Shown: positions 1 to 13,939, counted from the stretch's first letter. The stretch: DNA of 64,000 nucleotides from Octopus vulgaris (GCA_951406725.2 OX597824.1:31744001-31808000); one strand, 5' to 3'. Numbers and translations: made by a program. The notes: generated by a model from the letters alone, not told the origin.

Positions 1-350
1 AAACATCACCATGAAGGGTTTTAGACGAACAAATTGACCCCAGTGCTTTTTTTTTTTAAAGCTGAGTACTGATTTTATTGGTCTCTTATACCAATCTGCT
101 AAGTTACACAAACACAAACACACCAACACTAGTTGTCAAGCAGTAAGGGAACGGTGGGGTTTCATACACAGACACACACACAAATATATATATGATAGGC
201 TTCCTTTCAGTTTCCATCTACCAAATCTACTCGCAAGGCTTTGACTGACTCAAGATTATAGAAGACACTTGCCAAAAGTGTCATGCAGTGGGAATGAACT
301 TGGAACCATGTGGTTGGGAAGCAAGCTTCTTACCACACAGCCACACTTGC
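1..350 (-). mobile_element. Diverged tRNA-derived SINE (family A)
   Basis: Reverse complement of the 41883-42296 element (gaagacacttgcc...gaaccatgtggttgggaagcaagcttcttaccacacagcc). Confidence 0.7.
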
Positions 351-1059
351 ACATTATACTTTACACACACACATACACACATATATACAAATATATATAG
401 CTTGGTAAAGGCAGCTTCTCTTGGGTTTAAATGTACACTATTTTACATTGAAAATATGTTGTCCATTGACTTTTTTATACATACTAGGCCACTTGTAGTG
501 AAATTTCTAAAAAACTCGATGCCCTATATATTTTACGTATATGTCTTAGCAATTTCAGAAAATTAGTTCAGCATTTTTTCATTTGCTGCCGACTGAAACT
601 GCGCAAATTATTGCGGTAATTTCCAAAATGAAATTCGAAACCTAGGTATTATCGTAAGAGAAATAACAAATTAAAAGTTTTTGATTTTCATTCTCTTCGA
701 AAATGCTCTTAAATGGGGTTTTGGTCATTTTGACTGCTTCTTCTAGCATGTAAAGCTGCTTGTTAAAGGCAGCTTCACTTATGCTTAAATGTAAACTATT
801 TTATATATATAAATATATATATAAAAACAAGTATACATATATATACAAACATATATACGTACATGTATATACAGATATATATATACATATGTCTTCCCTT
901 CTCTGGATCTTTCCTTCTCCTATGTTTCCGACAAAGAGCTCCGCTCGAAACATTAAACCCCCCTTCTTTCCTTCTTTCCTGAGCGTCCAATAATACTATA
1001 TTTGTTCCACGTCCTCACGTTGTGTTTTTTTGTGCTTTCATGTTTGGATTAACTCCACA

Positions 1060-1241
1060 TAATATATATACATATATATGTATATACATATATATACATG
1101 TATACATATATATCTATATATATATATATATACATATATATATACACACACATATATACATACATATACATATATATATATATACACACACATACATACA
1201 TATATAAATATACATATATATCCATATATATATTTATATAC

Positions 1242-1282
<41 letters not shown>

Positions 1283-1507
1283 TACATATATAAATATACA
1301 TATATATCCATATATATATATTTATATATATATACATATATATTTGTATATATACATATATTTATATATATGTATATATATATAAATATATATGTATATA
1401 TATATTTATATATATATACACATATACATATATTTATATATATTATATATATATAATAATAATATATATTAATTAAATAAATAAATAAAAAAATAAAAAT
1501 AAAAATA

Positions 1508-1550
<43 letters not shown>
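1060..1550. repeat. (TA)n/(TACA)n microsatellite tract (one of many: about 3190, 4620, 5330-5760, 25700, 26460-27070, 27370-27740, 29160-29420, 55170-55420)
   Basis: Direct inspection; these tracts produce the YIYI pseudo-ORFs. Confidence 0.98.
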
Positions 1551-1554
<4 letters not shown>

Positions 1555-1974
1555 TTATAAATATAAATTAATAATTCTAAATTTTTAACTTTAAATTTAA
1601 ATAATTTAAATTTTGAATTTTATATTTTATTTTTTGTTTATTATATTAAATAATTTTATTTCTATGTTTTGGTTTATGTTTTTCACTGTTTGATTTGCCT
1701 AATAGTGGTTTTATCTCTAATTTAATTTATATATATATAAATTTCCTGAGCGTCCAATAATGCTATATTTGTTCCACGTCCTCGCGTTGTTGTCTTTTTG
1801 TGCTTTCTTTTTGGGATTAACTTTATGTATACATATATATATATACACACACACACACATACACACATATATATATATATATACATATACATGTATATAT
1901 ATATACATATATATCCATATACCTATATATACACATATATATATACAAATACATAAATTATATATATACATACA

Positions 1975-3186
1975 TAGCATGGGTTGGATGATTTAACTGA
2001 GGGCTGGTGAACCAGATGGCTGCACCAGGCTCCAGTCTGATCTGGCAGAGTTTCTGCAGCTGGATGCCCTTCCTAACGCCAACCACTCCCAGAGTGTAGT
2101 GGGTGTTTTTACGTGCCACCGGCACGGGGGCCAGTCAGGCATTACTGGTAATGATCACACTCGAATGGTGCCTTTTATGTACCACTGGCACAGAAGTTGG
2201 TTAGTCGCTCTGTTAACGATCACACTCGTAGGGTGCTCTTTGTACCCCGCTTGCACGGATGCCAGTCATCGAATTTGATTTTGATTTCACTTGCCTCAAC
2301 AGCTCTTTGCAAGCAGAGTTTAGTGTCCAAAGAAGGAAAGGTTCACATAAGTGGGTTGGTTATGCCCCTGGCATAGGCCACGAGGTTATGGTCTCATTTG
2401 GTTTGCAGGGTCTTCTCAAGCACAGCATATTTCCAAAAGTCTCGGTTACTAGTCATTTCCTTGGTGAGGCCTAAAGTTCGAAGGTCGTGCTTAACCACTT
2501 CATCTCAGGTCTTCAAGGGTCTACCTCTTCCACAGGTTCCCTCAATCACTAGAGTGAGGCGCTTTATCACACAGCTATACTCATCCATTCCCGCCACATG
2601 ACCATACCAGCGCAGTCATCTCTCTCGCACACCACATCTGATGCTTCGTAGGTCCAACTTTTCTCTCAAGGTACTTACACTGTGTCGAGTATGCACACTG
2701 ACATTACACATCCATCGGATCATACTGGCTTCATCCCTTGCTAGCTTACAAATGTCCTCAGCAGTCACAGCCCATGTTTCACTGCTGTTCGTACACATGC
2801 ATCAAACAGTCTACCTTTTACTCTGAGCGAGAGGCACTTTGTCTCCAGCAGAGGTAAGAGTTCTCAGAACTTTGCCCAAGTTATTCTTATTCTACCAGCT
2901 ACACTTTCAGCACACCCTCCCCCGCTACTGACTTGGTCACCTAGGTAACAGAAGCTATCAACTACTTCTAATTTTTCTCCCTGGAATTTGGCAGAAGTTG
3001 TTCTCTACGCATTTTTGTTGCTCCTGAGCATCTGCCACATGCAAAAATTATCTTCCCAGTTAGCCTTCCTTTGATTGGGTACATCTTATAGAGTTTCTAC
3101 TTACGCCTCTACTACAGATTGAGCAGGGCCATATCTACCTGAAGGGATTTGTGGTTTGCCTGCCTTCCTACTTATTAGGACTTCGG

Positions 3187-3190
<4 letters not shown>
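1975..3190 (-). mobile_element. 3' portion of RTE/RTEX-type LINE (same family as 10889-13939)
   Basis: Minus frame reads SSETWAVTAEDICKLARDEASMIRWMCNVSV; sequence is the reverse complement of about 12700-13900, including the 3' UTR. Confidence 0.85.
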
Positions 3191-3269
<79 letters not shown>

Positions 3270-3355
3270 GTAGGTCCCGGGTTGAGTCGGGGTTAACCAC
3301 AGTAAATAAGGTACTCAATACATAGCAGAGTAAATTAATTTATTTTATAGAAGGC

Positions 3356-3404
3356 GCTTCTACAGGACTAGAACTGTTTCATTCAAAAGAAATCATCAGG
3401 AAGC
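3356..3404 (-). ncRNA. Type I hammerhead ribozyme (inverted copy of 4546-4596)
   Basis: Reverse complement reads GCTTC-CTGATGA-TTTCTTTTGAAT-GAAA-CAG..CTG-TA-GAAGC. Confidence 0.72.
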
Positions 3405-4148
3405 TGGGTAACAAGAATAGTTTTGGCATTTATACACTTAGGCAGGTTTAAGGGGTGGTGGTGGGGGACTTTTTGTGTATGTATATATATACTTGTGTAT
3501 ATATGCGGACTAGTCTTCTGTGTGTGTGCAGATGTATGTATGTGTATGCGTGTAGATATGAATCTGTAGGTATGTGTACGTATGCGTATATATGTGCATG
3601 TATGTATATGTATGAGTGTAGGTAGATATATGTAGGTATGCTTTTATGTACACGTGTATGCGTGCATGTGTGCTAATATGTACTTAAAGGCGTATGGATG
3701 TGTATGTATGTGTATGTATGTTTATATGCACAAATGTCTGTATATAGGCATATGAGTCTATATATGTGGGCAGATGTTCTTGTGTGTTTATGTGTACTGA
3801 AGTACATTTATGTATGCGGTTTTGTGTGTACATAGCTATGTGTACGTTTATGTGAAAGTCGGTACACTTTTGTATGTATGAATATAACACGTGCGTCTGT
3901 GTATGTGTATGAGTGTGCGTGTGAGTGTGTGCGTGTGTGAGTGTTTGTGCTCGTATCTGTGGGCAGAAAGATAGAAAGGAAGGTAGCAATAAAGGGGCAA
4001 TAAATGGTTTCTTAAGCCAGCTAAGCAAGCTCCCTTGGGAGAAACCTACCTCTGTGTCGTTGGTGGAGGTCAAATAAAAACAATATATATTTATGTATAT
4101 GTATGTGTGTGTGTATATATATATGAATATATATAAGAGTGTGTATGA

Positions 4149-4203
<55 letters not shown>

Positions 4204-4545
4204 AATACATATACATGGATATGTGAGCGTGTGTGTATGGAGGTGTATATCCTCTTTTATATTTATTTATTTTACATATATATGTGTGTAGATATTTGTG
4301 TGTATGTATGAGTATGGGTATGGGTGAGTACGTACATGTATGTAAATGGGTGCATATGTACATGTGTATATGGATGTATATGTAAACTCTATTATTCTAT
4401 TTATTCTTTTATCTACTTTATCACTGATTCCTTTGACCACTCCCCTAAGAATGATAGTTTGCGCCATGCCTACCCCAAAAAGTCCCCCACCACCACCCCT
4501 TAAACCTGCCTAAGTGTATAAATGCCAAAACTATTCTTGTTACCC

Positions 4546-4596
4546 AGCTTCCTGATGATTTCTTTTGAATGAAACAGTTCTAGTCCTGTAGAAGCT
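4546..4596 (+). ncRNA. Type I hammerhead ribozyme
   Basis: AGCTTC-CTGATGA-T[TTC TTTT GAA]T-GAAA-CAG ttctagtc CTG-TA-GAAGCT: 6-bp stem I, intact core, GUA site, weak stem II (U.U at base). Confidence 0.75.
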
Positions 4597-4614
4597 CCTT
4601 CTGTAAAATAAATA

Positions 4615-4745
<131 letters not shown>

Positions 4746-4764
4746 ACATATATATGTAGATATG

Positions 4765-5290
4765 TAGTCGTTTTGAGCTGATCGAATGCATTGGAACCAT
4801 AAATTCTGAAAAATACATCAAAATACTTAAGCAAGGACTAGTTCAGATATATTCGCACGATAACATAATGAAAAATGAGTTTTTATTCATGGAAGATGGG
4901 GCTCCATGCCACACAGTGAAAAGGAATCAACAATAGCTGGCTGAAAATGGGATCAAAAAGCTTCCTTGGCCAAGTCAATCTCCTGATATGAACCCAATAG
5001 AAAATCTTTGGAGCATACCAGATAGAGCTATACAAAAAGCTTAACAGAAATCTAAATCTAAAGATGAACTGTTTGGATTGTTGCATGAAAAGTGGGCAGA
5101 AATCCCAGAAGAGATAATCATAAAGCTCATCAGCTCAATGCCAAAAAGAGTTTCTGAATTAAAACTGTAAGCGGAATGTCAACTAAATACTGAAGTATGT
5201 AGTCATATCTATTGATTACTTTACAATTTTTCGCTTTGTGTATTAAATAAAAGATTTTGTAAACTAATGGTGTCCATTTACTTCCTGAAT
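4765..5290 (+). mobile_element. Tc1-like transposase relic (C-terminal DDE part)
   Basis: Reads FMEDGAPCHT...[17 protein letters not shown], with stops. Confidence 0.85.
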
Positions 5291-5308
5291 GTCTGTGTAT
5301 AGATACAT

Positions 5309-5339
<31 letters not shown>

Positions 5340-5863
5340 CATATTTACACATACATATATATATGAACGTATATATACATATATATATACATACATATAT
5401 ATATGCACACATATATATATACACACACATTTATATATACATGCATATATATATATATATATATACACATATATACATGCATATATGCTTATATATATAC
5501 ATACATATATACATGCATATATGCTTATATATATACATATATATGAATATATATATATATATATATATGCATTTATATATACATATATATGCATACATAT
5601 ATATACATATATATGCATACACATATATATACATATATATAGACATATATATACATACATATATATACACATATATATACATATATATATACACACCTAT
5701 ACATACATATATATATGCATACATATATACATATAAATATATATATACATACACACATATACAGTCATTACCTTCATCATCATAGTCTTAAATCAATATC
5801 ATTCATTATTGGTGAGTAGCCATACATTTTAGTTTATATTTTATTATTATCAAATAACATATA

Positions 5864-5929
<66 letters not shown>

Positions 5930-6064
5930 GTATGTAGATATCCATATATAATATTTCTGTTATATTTTGACATCATAGGCACTTTTATGTACCATATCCA
6001 GTATTAGTAGGTGCTTTAGGAATGTAATACCCGCAAATACTGGGGGAGAGTGTATATTTATATA

Positions 6065-6364
6065 TAGGCCGACCAAAGCCTTGTGAGTAGATTTGGTACA
6101 CGGAAACTGAAAAGAAGCCTGTCGTATATATATGTATATATATATATATGCGTTTGTGTGTCTGTGTTTGTCCCCTAGCATTGCTTGATAACCGATGCTG
6201 GTGTGTTTACGTCCCCGTTACTTAGCGGTTTGGCAAAAGAGACCGATAGAATAAGTACTGGGCTTACAAAAGAATAAGTCCCGGGGTCGAGTTGCTCGAT
6301 TAAAGGCGGTGCTCCAGCATGGCCGTAGTCAAATGACTGAAACAAGTAAAAGAGAAAAGAGAAA

Positions 6365-6365
<1 letters not shown>
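6065..6365 (+). mobile_element. SINE family A, 5'-truncated
   Basis: Matches the 3' two-thirds of 41883-42296; ends in an aaacaagtaaaagag tail. Confidence 0.85.
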
Positions 6366-6395
<30 letters not shown>

Positions 6396-6639
6396 CGTAT
6401 GTGTAGATATATTTGTATATATATATAATAAGTATATATAATATATATATATATGTCAGTTCATATACACACACATGTGCATATGTGCATACACACAAAT
6501 GTATACTGATATATCTTCATGCACTTATGCACATGTATGTGCATATGATTTGACATATATATATATATATTATATATACTTATTATATATATATATATAT
6601 ACAAATATATCTACACATACATATATTGTTAGTATATGT

Positions 6640-6850
6640 CTCTTTTACTCTTTTACTTGTTTCAGTCATTTGACTGTGGCCATGCTGGAGCACCACCTTT
6701 AGTCAAGCAAATCGACCCCTGGACTTATTCTTTGTAAGCCTAGTACTCTTTCTATCGGTCTCTTTTGCTGAAGCGCTAAGTTACGGGGATGTAAACACAC
6801 CAGCATCGGTTGTCAAGTGATGTTGGGGCGACAAACACAGACACACACAC

Positions 6851-6895
<45 letters not shown>

Positions 6896-6903
6896 ATATA
6901 CAC

Positions 6904-6976
<73 letters not shown>

Positions 6977-7135
6977 TATGATGGGCTTCTTTCAGTTTCT
7001 GTCAACCAAATCCACTCACAAGGCTTTGGTTGGCCCGAGGCTATAGTAGAAGACACTTGCCCAAGGTGCCACACAGTGGGACTGAACCCGGACCATGTGG
7101 TTGGTAAGCAAGCTACTTACCAGACAGCCACTCTG
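6640..7135 (-). mobile_element. SINE family A
   Basis: Reverse complement of 41883-42296 with an expanded internal (TA)n. Confidence 0.85.
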
Positions 7136-7848
7136 GAATGTGTTTATTATATGCATGCTTTTCTCTGTGTATACATACAATGATGCATGTAGGTTGCCGT
7201 GACAACAAAGCTAAATAGCAGTGACTTACAAACACCCAACTTACCAACAACACACTGTTAGTTTTATCTTCTCGTTCATAGCCCCAGTATTTGCTGCATT
7301 TGATATTACCTTGTCTATCTATAATCTTCAAGGCCCCATCATAGCCCAGATCAAGCTATTCATTTAACATCTGTTTTCCATACTGGATTGGTTTGGCCAA
7401 TTTAACAGGGGCCAATAAGCCAAATCAAGCCCCAATGTCAGCTTTGACAAGATTTCTATGGCTGAATCCCCTTCCTAATACCAACCATTTTACAGTTCAT
7501 ACTGGGTGGGGTTTTTTTTTTTTGGGGGGGGGGGTTGTGACACTGGCAGTAATGAAGTGACCAAACAACTCACAAAACAAAGTAAAGAAAGGAAAAAGAG
7601 AAAGCCCCACTGAATGGGAGTCTATTTGAGAGAGTTGGCTTTATGGACAAGTGCAGGTGTCTTGCTACAGAGGAGATACATGGCTACCTTTGAATTATGT
7701 GTTCTAAGGCATATAGCTTGGGATATTGCAGTCTACACAGACCAAATGTTACATAACTCCAAATCTAGCAAAAATGTAAAATGGGTGAATTTTCGTTTGT
7801 TTTTGTCTTTGTAAGAAATTATTTTCAAATAAAGTAAACTGTAGTTAC

Positions 7849-7968
7849 CCTTGCTTGTGAACAGCAGCAGCAAATGGATGAAGAGACAATAGCCAAAACA
7901 AATTCCACAAACATAGCAAATGCTCCAACACAAAATAATGGATACAGACTATCGTAACCATATATTTT
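7849..7968 (-). CDS. MS4A-like gene, coding exon 4 (KIYGYDSLYPLFCVGAFAMFVEFVLAIVSSSICCCCSQAR)
   Basis: tctatttttcag acceptor and gtaact donor; 120 nt, phase 0. TM4 with the E-F-x-x-A-I-x-S-S...CC motif typical of CD20/MS4A-like proteins. Confidence 0.85.
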
Positions 7969-8017
7969 CTGAAAAATAGAATGTTTTTGTTAATGAAAAA
8001 GAAAAGAGAAACATGTT

Positions 8018-8207
8018 AATCATGCTCTGGAGAAGTATCTTTCAAGATCTTTCTAGTACAGTATTTGTAATTCTAAACGAGCACATATCACATTAAACTG
8101 AGATTAGCAAATAATCATGCTCTTGAGAAGTATCTTTCAAGATCTTTCTGGTACAGTATTTGTAATTCTAAACGAGCACATATCACATTAAACTGAGATT
8201 AGCAAAT
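8018..8207 (+). repeat. Tandem duplication of about 95 bp
   Basis: aatcatgctct(g/t)gagaagtatctttcaagatctt...gagattagcaaat occurs twice with about 2 mismatches. Confidence 0.9.
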
Positions 8208-8293
8208 TCAAAAGGAGGACATTTTACTTACTTTAACTGTTTCAACCCTTTAACATTCGCATAATTTTCTCAAATGTAATGCTTATTTATTCA

Positions 8294-8663
8294 GAGGTGG
8301 TTGGATGGAACCTACACCCGCTTCCTTATGAGAGCTCAAAATCTCTCGTGGAAGCGCCATCCAACCAAAATGCAAATATATGGGAAACTACCACCTGTGT
8401 TATCTCTTGTGAAAGGTAAGAGAGTCCAGTTTGCTGGACATTGTTGTAGAGCTGAAAAAGAGGTAATTACTACTCTTCTCCTCTGGAAGCCATCTACTCG
8501 CAATACCAGAGGGCGCACACTCTCCTACCCTGATGTAATCTCCAGGGATACAGGCATCCAGCAACAGGACCTCCGTAATAACATAATGGACCATGAAGTC
8601 TGGCGTAGCATGGTAAATTCCATTGTCTCGACCATGGTCGAACAATGATGATGACGATGATGA
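8294..8663 (+). mobile_element. LINE 3' end fragment with (GAT)n tail, inserted in a MITE
   Basis: ORF 8301-8648 (DGTYTRFLMRAQNLSW...RVQFAGHCCR) is an RTE/L2-like C-terminus, followed by a gatgatgacgatgat tail. Confidence 0.75.
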
Positions 8664-8812
8664 ATTAATCATGCATTATTTTACAGCTTTAAGATTTTGA
8701 TGAGGTAACTGTTAATCTTTAGAATGATATTTGCAGGGTCGGTGAGAGGCCAGATCTGGCCAGTCTAAACATAAAACAGGTAGAATATTTTGGCCAAATA
8801 TGGCTAGTTTAA

Positions 8813-9330
8813 CCCTTTAGCATTCAGATTAATTTATCAAATGTAATGTTTATGTATTTATCATCATCATCATCATCATTTAACGTCCGCTTTCCATGCT
8901 GGCACGGATTGGACGGTTCAACTGGGGTCTGGGAAGCCAGAAGGCTGCACCAGGCCCAGTCTGATCTGGCAGTGTTTCTACAGCTGGATGCCCTTCCGAA
9001 CGCCAACCACTCCGTGAGTGTAGTGGGTGCTTTTTACGTGCCACCGGCACAGGTGCCAGACGAGGCTGGCAGACGGCCATGATAGGATGGTGCTTTTTAC
9101 GTGCCACCGGCACGGGGACCAGACGAAGCTGGCAATGGCCACGGTCGGATGGTGCTTATATTTTAAAAAATTAATCATGTATTATCTTGTAGCTTCAAGA
9201 TTTTGAAAATGTAACCATTTAATTTTAGAAGGACATTGTAGGGTAAGTGGGAGAGACTGGATCTGGACAGTTTGAACATAAAACAGGTAGACCATTGGGG
9301 CCGGATATGGCCAGTTTAAATGTTAAAGGG
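8813..9330. mobile_element. TTAA-flanked piggyBac-like MITE, nested in a related copy (8246-8812) and carrying an RTE 3'-tail insertion (8861-9156)
   Basis: TTAA-CCCTTTAGCATT ... AATGTTAAAGGG-TTAA. Confidence 0.75.
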
Positions 9331-10019
9331 TTAAATGCTATGGAACAAAGAAAATGCAAGTGCCCAAAACTATTTATAGTCAGCTCACAGAATGCTATAA
9401 TCAATTGATTTAATCTTAATGAAAACAAATTGATGAATCAGTGTGAAATTTGATTGTTGCTTTTAAAGTCCCTCAATATCAGGAATCAGATTTTTTATGC
9501 CAATGGTAAAACTTTATCCAGTTAGGCATCAGTCAATTTTGTTTCCAAATTGGTTTATGGTGTGCTTCAGTTTTTAAAATAACTGCTCAGAGAAAGAACT
9601 GCTGATAAGCAATGATGTCATCTCTCTTGCATGTATAGCTAAGTTAGGATACATTCCACTTGGATGAATATATTTTCTACAGAGGTCAAAACACTGACAC
9701 ATCTTTAGAATTAAATTTCCCTCTCAATGTCATCTCATATTGCTTCTCAGTCAATTCATTTTGATACTATTAGAGGGACTAACAAACAGCTACAACTCAT
9801 TCTCAAGAAAATATCAACAAAACACCAAGAAAACTCTTTTCTCAGTCCTTTGAAATGGATCAATATCACTATATATTTCATGTGTCATTTGATAGTTATA
9901 ATCCATATTATTTTAAAGAGATGAAATGGCCACAAAAAATGTTGAGATTATAAATCAGCCAGGCTCATTAAAATATGATGGATCCTTATTTCTACTTTCA
10001 AAGAATATCACCTCTTTAA

Positions 10020-10239
10020 CCCTTTTGATGCCAACCTGCCTGAAACTGTCTCTGACTCTAGTACAAATGTCTTGTTTTCAAAAGTTCTGAATTAAAACCT
10101 TCCACCAAACCTCAGTCACAATTTATGTTCCTAACACTAGCTTAATGATAACTAAGTTATTTTACTAAATTTTTTGTTATATTTAAAATTAATTGAAAGA
10201 AACACAGAGCATCTAAACAGAAATATGGTAACAAAAGGG
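10020..10239. mobile_element. TTAA-flanked piggyBac-like MITE (family also at 23869-24085 and 34334-34553)
   Basis: TTAA-CCCTTTTG ... CAAAAGGG-TTAA; internal sequence shared with the other copies. Confidence 0.8.
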
Positions 10240-10398
10240 TTAAGGAATGAAAATACTCTCTAAAAATATAAAACTAAAATCTCATATGGAGATTTTCTAA
10301 CAAGACTGATAAAAGTTTTGAGTTAAAAATTTTCACTTCCAGAATCATAAGAAAACTTCTCTTGAAACAAGAAATAAACAAATAATATATATACTCAC

Positions 10399-10488
10399 AA
10401 CCCAAGTTGCATGGACAGAAAAGGCACTAATTCCACCAAGTGCAAAGAGACATGCTGACAAAATGGCAAGGACCATGTAAGTAATTTT
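10399..10488 (-). CDS. MS4A-like gene, coding exon 3 (KITYMVLAILSACLFALGGISAFSVHATWV)
   Basis: atttctttccag acceptor and gtgagt donor; 90 nt, phase 0; hydrophobic TM3. Confidence 0.85.
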
Positions 10489-10888
10489 CTGGAAAGAAAT
10501 GGTGAAGCATTTTCTTTAGGTTTTTTTTTTATTCATTTATGCATGTTGGTGCACACAGGTACATTGTGTAAAGATGTGTGCATGTAAGAATAAAAAAGAA
10601 AGAGAAAATATATTTCTGATAAGAATTACAATTAAACAAGATTTTTAATATTGAAATTAAATCTACCTTTCAAAATTCAGTTGGGCATTACTGCTTCAAA
10701 AACCTTTATTTTCCTTTGAAGAACTCAGAGTGAAAACCAGTCGGAATGTAAAAGAAAAAGATTTAATATATTGAAATGAAAGCACTAGATCCGTTTCTCA
10801 ATTGTCTTTCTTTTTAGAAACAATTGTGTTAACTTTGTGCATTTTCAACTGTCATCCATTCTTTTTTTGTTGTTTGTTTACACTACAG

Positions 10889-13800
10889 GCGACCTCAAAG
10901 ACGTGTGGCAATGACCTCATCTTTGCGGCTGGAGATTTTAATGGGCATGCTGGGCAGAAATCTGGTATCTTCACTGGTGTACACGGAGGCCATGGTATTG
11001 GTTCCCAGAATGATGAGGGAACTAGGCTACTGGAGTTTTGTGATGCATGTAACCTTTTAATCTGCAACACTAAGTTCAGGAAGCCAGAGAGCCACCTGAT
11101 AACCTATCAGTCAGGTGACTCTGCTAGCCAGATTGATTTCATCCTCACTAGACAGCGGGACGCATGGTTGCTCTTAAATACAAAGACCCTCCCAAGTGAG
11201 GAATGCACTCCCCAGCATAGACTAGTCATTAGTGACTTTTGACTTGAGACCAGAAGGATGCCAAGAAGCCAACCAATCCAGAAGAGAAGGATTTGGAAGC
11301 TAAAGAACCCTTCACATGGTCAGAGATTTAAGGACATCCTCATCAAGAAATTTGATGAGAGAGGAGGAGCTACAGTCCTTGGACATAGAACGTAGCTGGA
11401 AATTCCTATAGTACAGCTTACTGAGTGCCACAGACCAAGTCTGTGGATTGTGCAAAATCCCTTCCAGACCTAGAGTAATGTGGTGGTGGAATAATACGTT
11501 AGACAAAGCCATCAGAGGAAAGAAACAGGCTTGCAAAGCCTGGAAGGGTGGGGCTAGCAGGAAACCGTACCAGATAGCCAAAAGGGAGGCTGGGCGACAG
11601 GTATACATAACCAAGGGTGAAGCAGAAAAGAAGTTTGCCAATGTCCAGTAACGTGAAGACCAAAGAACTGAAGTATTTCGGATTGCAAGACAGTGTGTGA
11701 GAGAAAATTGTGATGTCACAGGAGAGAAATGTGTTCGAATGGATGATGGTGCACTTGCTTTTAATGATTTGGAAAAGAAAGAGGCCTGAAGAAGCCATTA
11801 TGAAACACTGCTGAACGTGGAGAATGAATGGGAGGAGGAGAGCCAAATGTTGATCCAGTAGAGGGACCAGCTATCCGAATAGCCAGCACCTTGGTAGATA
11901 AAGCAATTAAGCGTATGAAGCCAGGAAAAGCCCCTGGCCCATCAGGAAACACTGCTAAGATGCTTAAAACATCTGGTGGTATGGGCTATGGCCTAGTCAC
12001 CCATATTGTAAACCAGGTAGTTCATGATGGAGTCAAACCCAATGACTGGCGTAGCAGCACCATAGTCAACTGCTACAAGGGTAAAGGTGATGCTTTAGAT
12101 AGAAATAACTACAGGGCTATCAAACTGCTGGATCAGGTGATGAAGGTCACTGAGAGGGTCATAACCCAACTAATTACGGAGAGAGTCTGCTTAGATAAGA
12201 TGCAGTTCGGTTTTGTACCAGGTAGAAGTACCACTGATGCTATACTCCTGGTACAGCAACTGCAGGAGAAATACCTAGCCATAGATAAACCCCTATATTT
12301 AGCTTTTGTGGACTTAGAGAAAGCCTTTGACAGAGTCCCCTGATCCCTTATCTGATGGATGATGCAGAAACTGGGGATTGACGAATGGTTAATAAGGGCT
12401 GTATAGGCCCTATACAGAGATGCCATTAGTAGGGTTAGGAGTGGAAATGAGTATAGTGAAGAATTCTGGGTAGAAGTAGGGGTCCACCAAGGATCAGCCC
12501 TCAGCCCCCTCTTATTCATCATAGTTTTCCAGGCAATAACAGAGGAATTCAAGATGGGTTGCCCCTGGGAGCTCTTCTATGCTGATGACCTGGCCCTCAT
12601 AGCCGAATCACTACTAGAACTAGAGAAGAAACTTCAAGTGTGGAAGTAAGGTTTGGAATTGAAGGGCCTTAGAGTCAACGTTGCAAAGACCAATGTTCTA
12701 GTAAATAGGAAGGTGAACACATCACACCCCTTCAGGTAGTTGGCCCTGCTCAATATGTAGAAAAGGTGTGGGTAAAATCTCCATAAAATGTACCCAGTGT
12801 AAGCTATAGACACATAAGAGGTGCAGCAACATCAAAGGAAAATTAACTGGGAAGATAGCTTTCATGTGTAGCAGATGCACAGGGGCAATAAACACCACAG
12901 ATGCTCAGAAAACAGATTCCATCACATGCCAGGGGAAGAAACTAGAAGTAGTTGATAGCTTCCACTACCTAGGCGACCAAGTCTGTAGTGGGGGTGAATG
13001 CTCAGAATGTTACAACTAGAATAAGAATAGCCTGGGCAAAGTTCAGAAAGCTTCTACCCCTACTGGTAACAAAGGGCCTCTTGCTCAGAGTGAAAGGTAG
13101 ATTGTATGATGCATGTGTGTGAACTGCTGAAGTAATACATAGGCTCGAAAGATATGAAGCTAGCAAGATCCACTGAATGTGTAATGTTAGTGTGCACACA
13201 CAACAGAGTGTAAGTCCCATGAGAGAAATGTTAGACATAAGCATCGGATGTGGCATGCAAGAGAGACTTTTGCATTGGTATGGTCATGTACTGTGGATGG
13301 ACAAGGAGAGCTGTGTGAAGAAGTGCCACTCCCAAACAGTGGAATGAATCCGAGGTAGAGGGAGAGCCAGGAAGACATGGGATGAGGTGGTGAGACATGA
13401 CCTTTGAACATTGAGCCTCACAGAGGCAATGACAAAAGGCCAAGACCTCTGGAGGTATGTTGTGACTGAGAAGACCTGGCAAATAAAGTGAGTTCATAGC
13501 TGTAAACTACACCAGTGTCACATAACCAGCCCACTCAAAAGTACCTTGGATTGTAGGGCAACATGCCATGCTTGAGGAGATCTAATGAGTCAAGTACATC
13601 AACGTCAGTATCAAAATCAAATCAAATGGAATTTGTAGTTGTGACCCCCATGCTGGTAGCACATAAAAAGCACCATCTGAAGGTGGCCAATGCCAGTGCC
13701 ACTTTGATTGGCTTCCATGCCGGTGGCACGTAAAAAGCACCATCTGATCGTGATTGATGCCAGCGCCTCTGGGCCCTGTGCCGGTGGCATGTAAAAAGCA

Positions 13801-13939
13801 CCTACTACACTCTCAGAGTGGTTGGCATTAGGAAGGGCATCCAGCTGTAGAAACACTGCCTTCCCAGACCCCAGTCGAACTGTCCAACCCATGCCAGCAT
13901 GGAAAATGGACGTTAACGATGATGATGATGATGATGATG
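10889..13939 (+). mobile_element. 5'-truncated RTE/RTEX-type LINE (APE endonuclease, RT, Cys-rich PHD-like region, 3' UTR, (GAT)n tail), degenerate
   Basis: AGDFNGH and SQIDFIL (APE); KAPGPS, YKGKGD, QFGF, FVDLEKAFDRVP, GVHQGSALSP and YADD (RT); WPCSICRKGVG..C..C motif; multiple stops and frameshifts. Confidence 0.93.

Larger units (their letters stand above)
3340..4612. mobile_element. Penelope-like non-autonomous element with about 135-bp inverted repeats (3340-3474 / 4477-4612), in (TA)n
   Basis: Near-identical inverted arms, each containing a hammerhead; flanked by (TA)n. Confidence 0.7.

Noticed and set aside
924-958. Hammerhead-like TTT-CCGACAA-AGAGC tcc GCTC-GAAA-CATTAAA
   Set aside because: Core and cleavage triplet are mutated; at most a decayed relic.
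7684-7764. Possible terminal MS4A exon (IWSYVTFGLCRLQYPKLYALEHIIQR*) after an 84-nt intron
   Set aside because: The acceptor is plausible, but the peptide has no supporting family features; needs RNA-seq.
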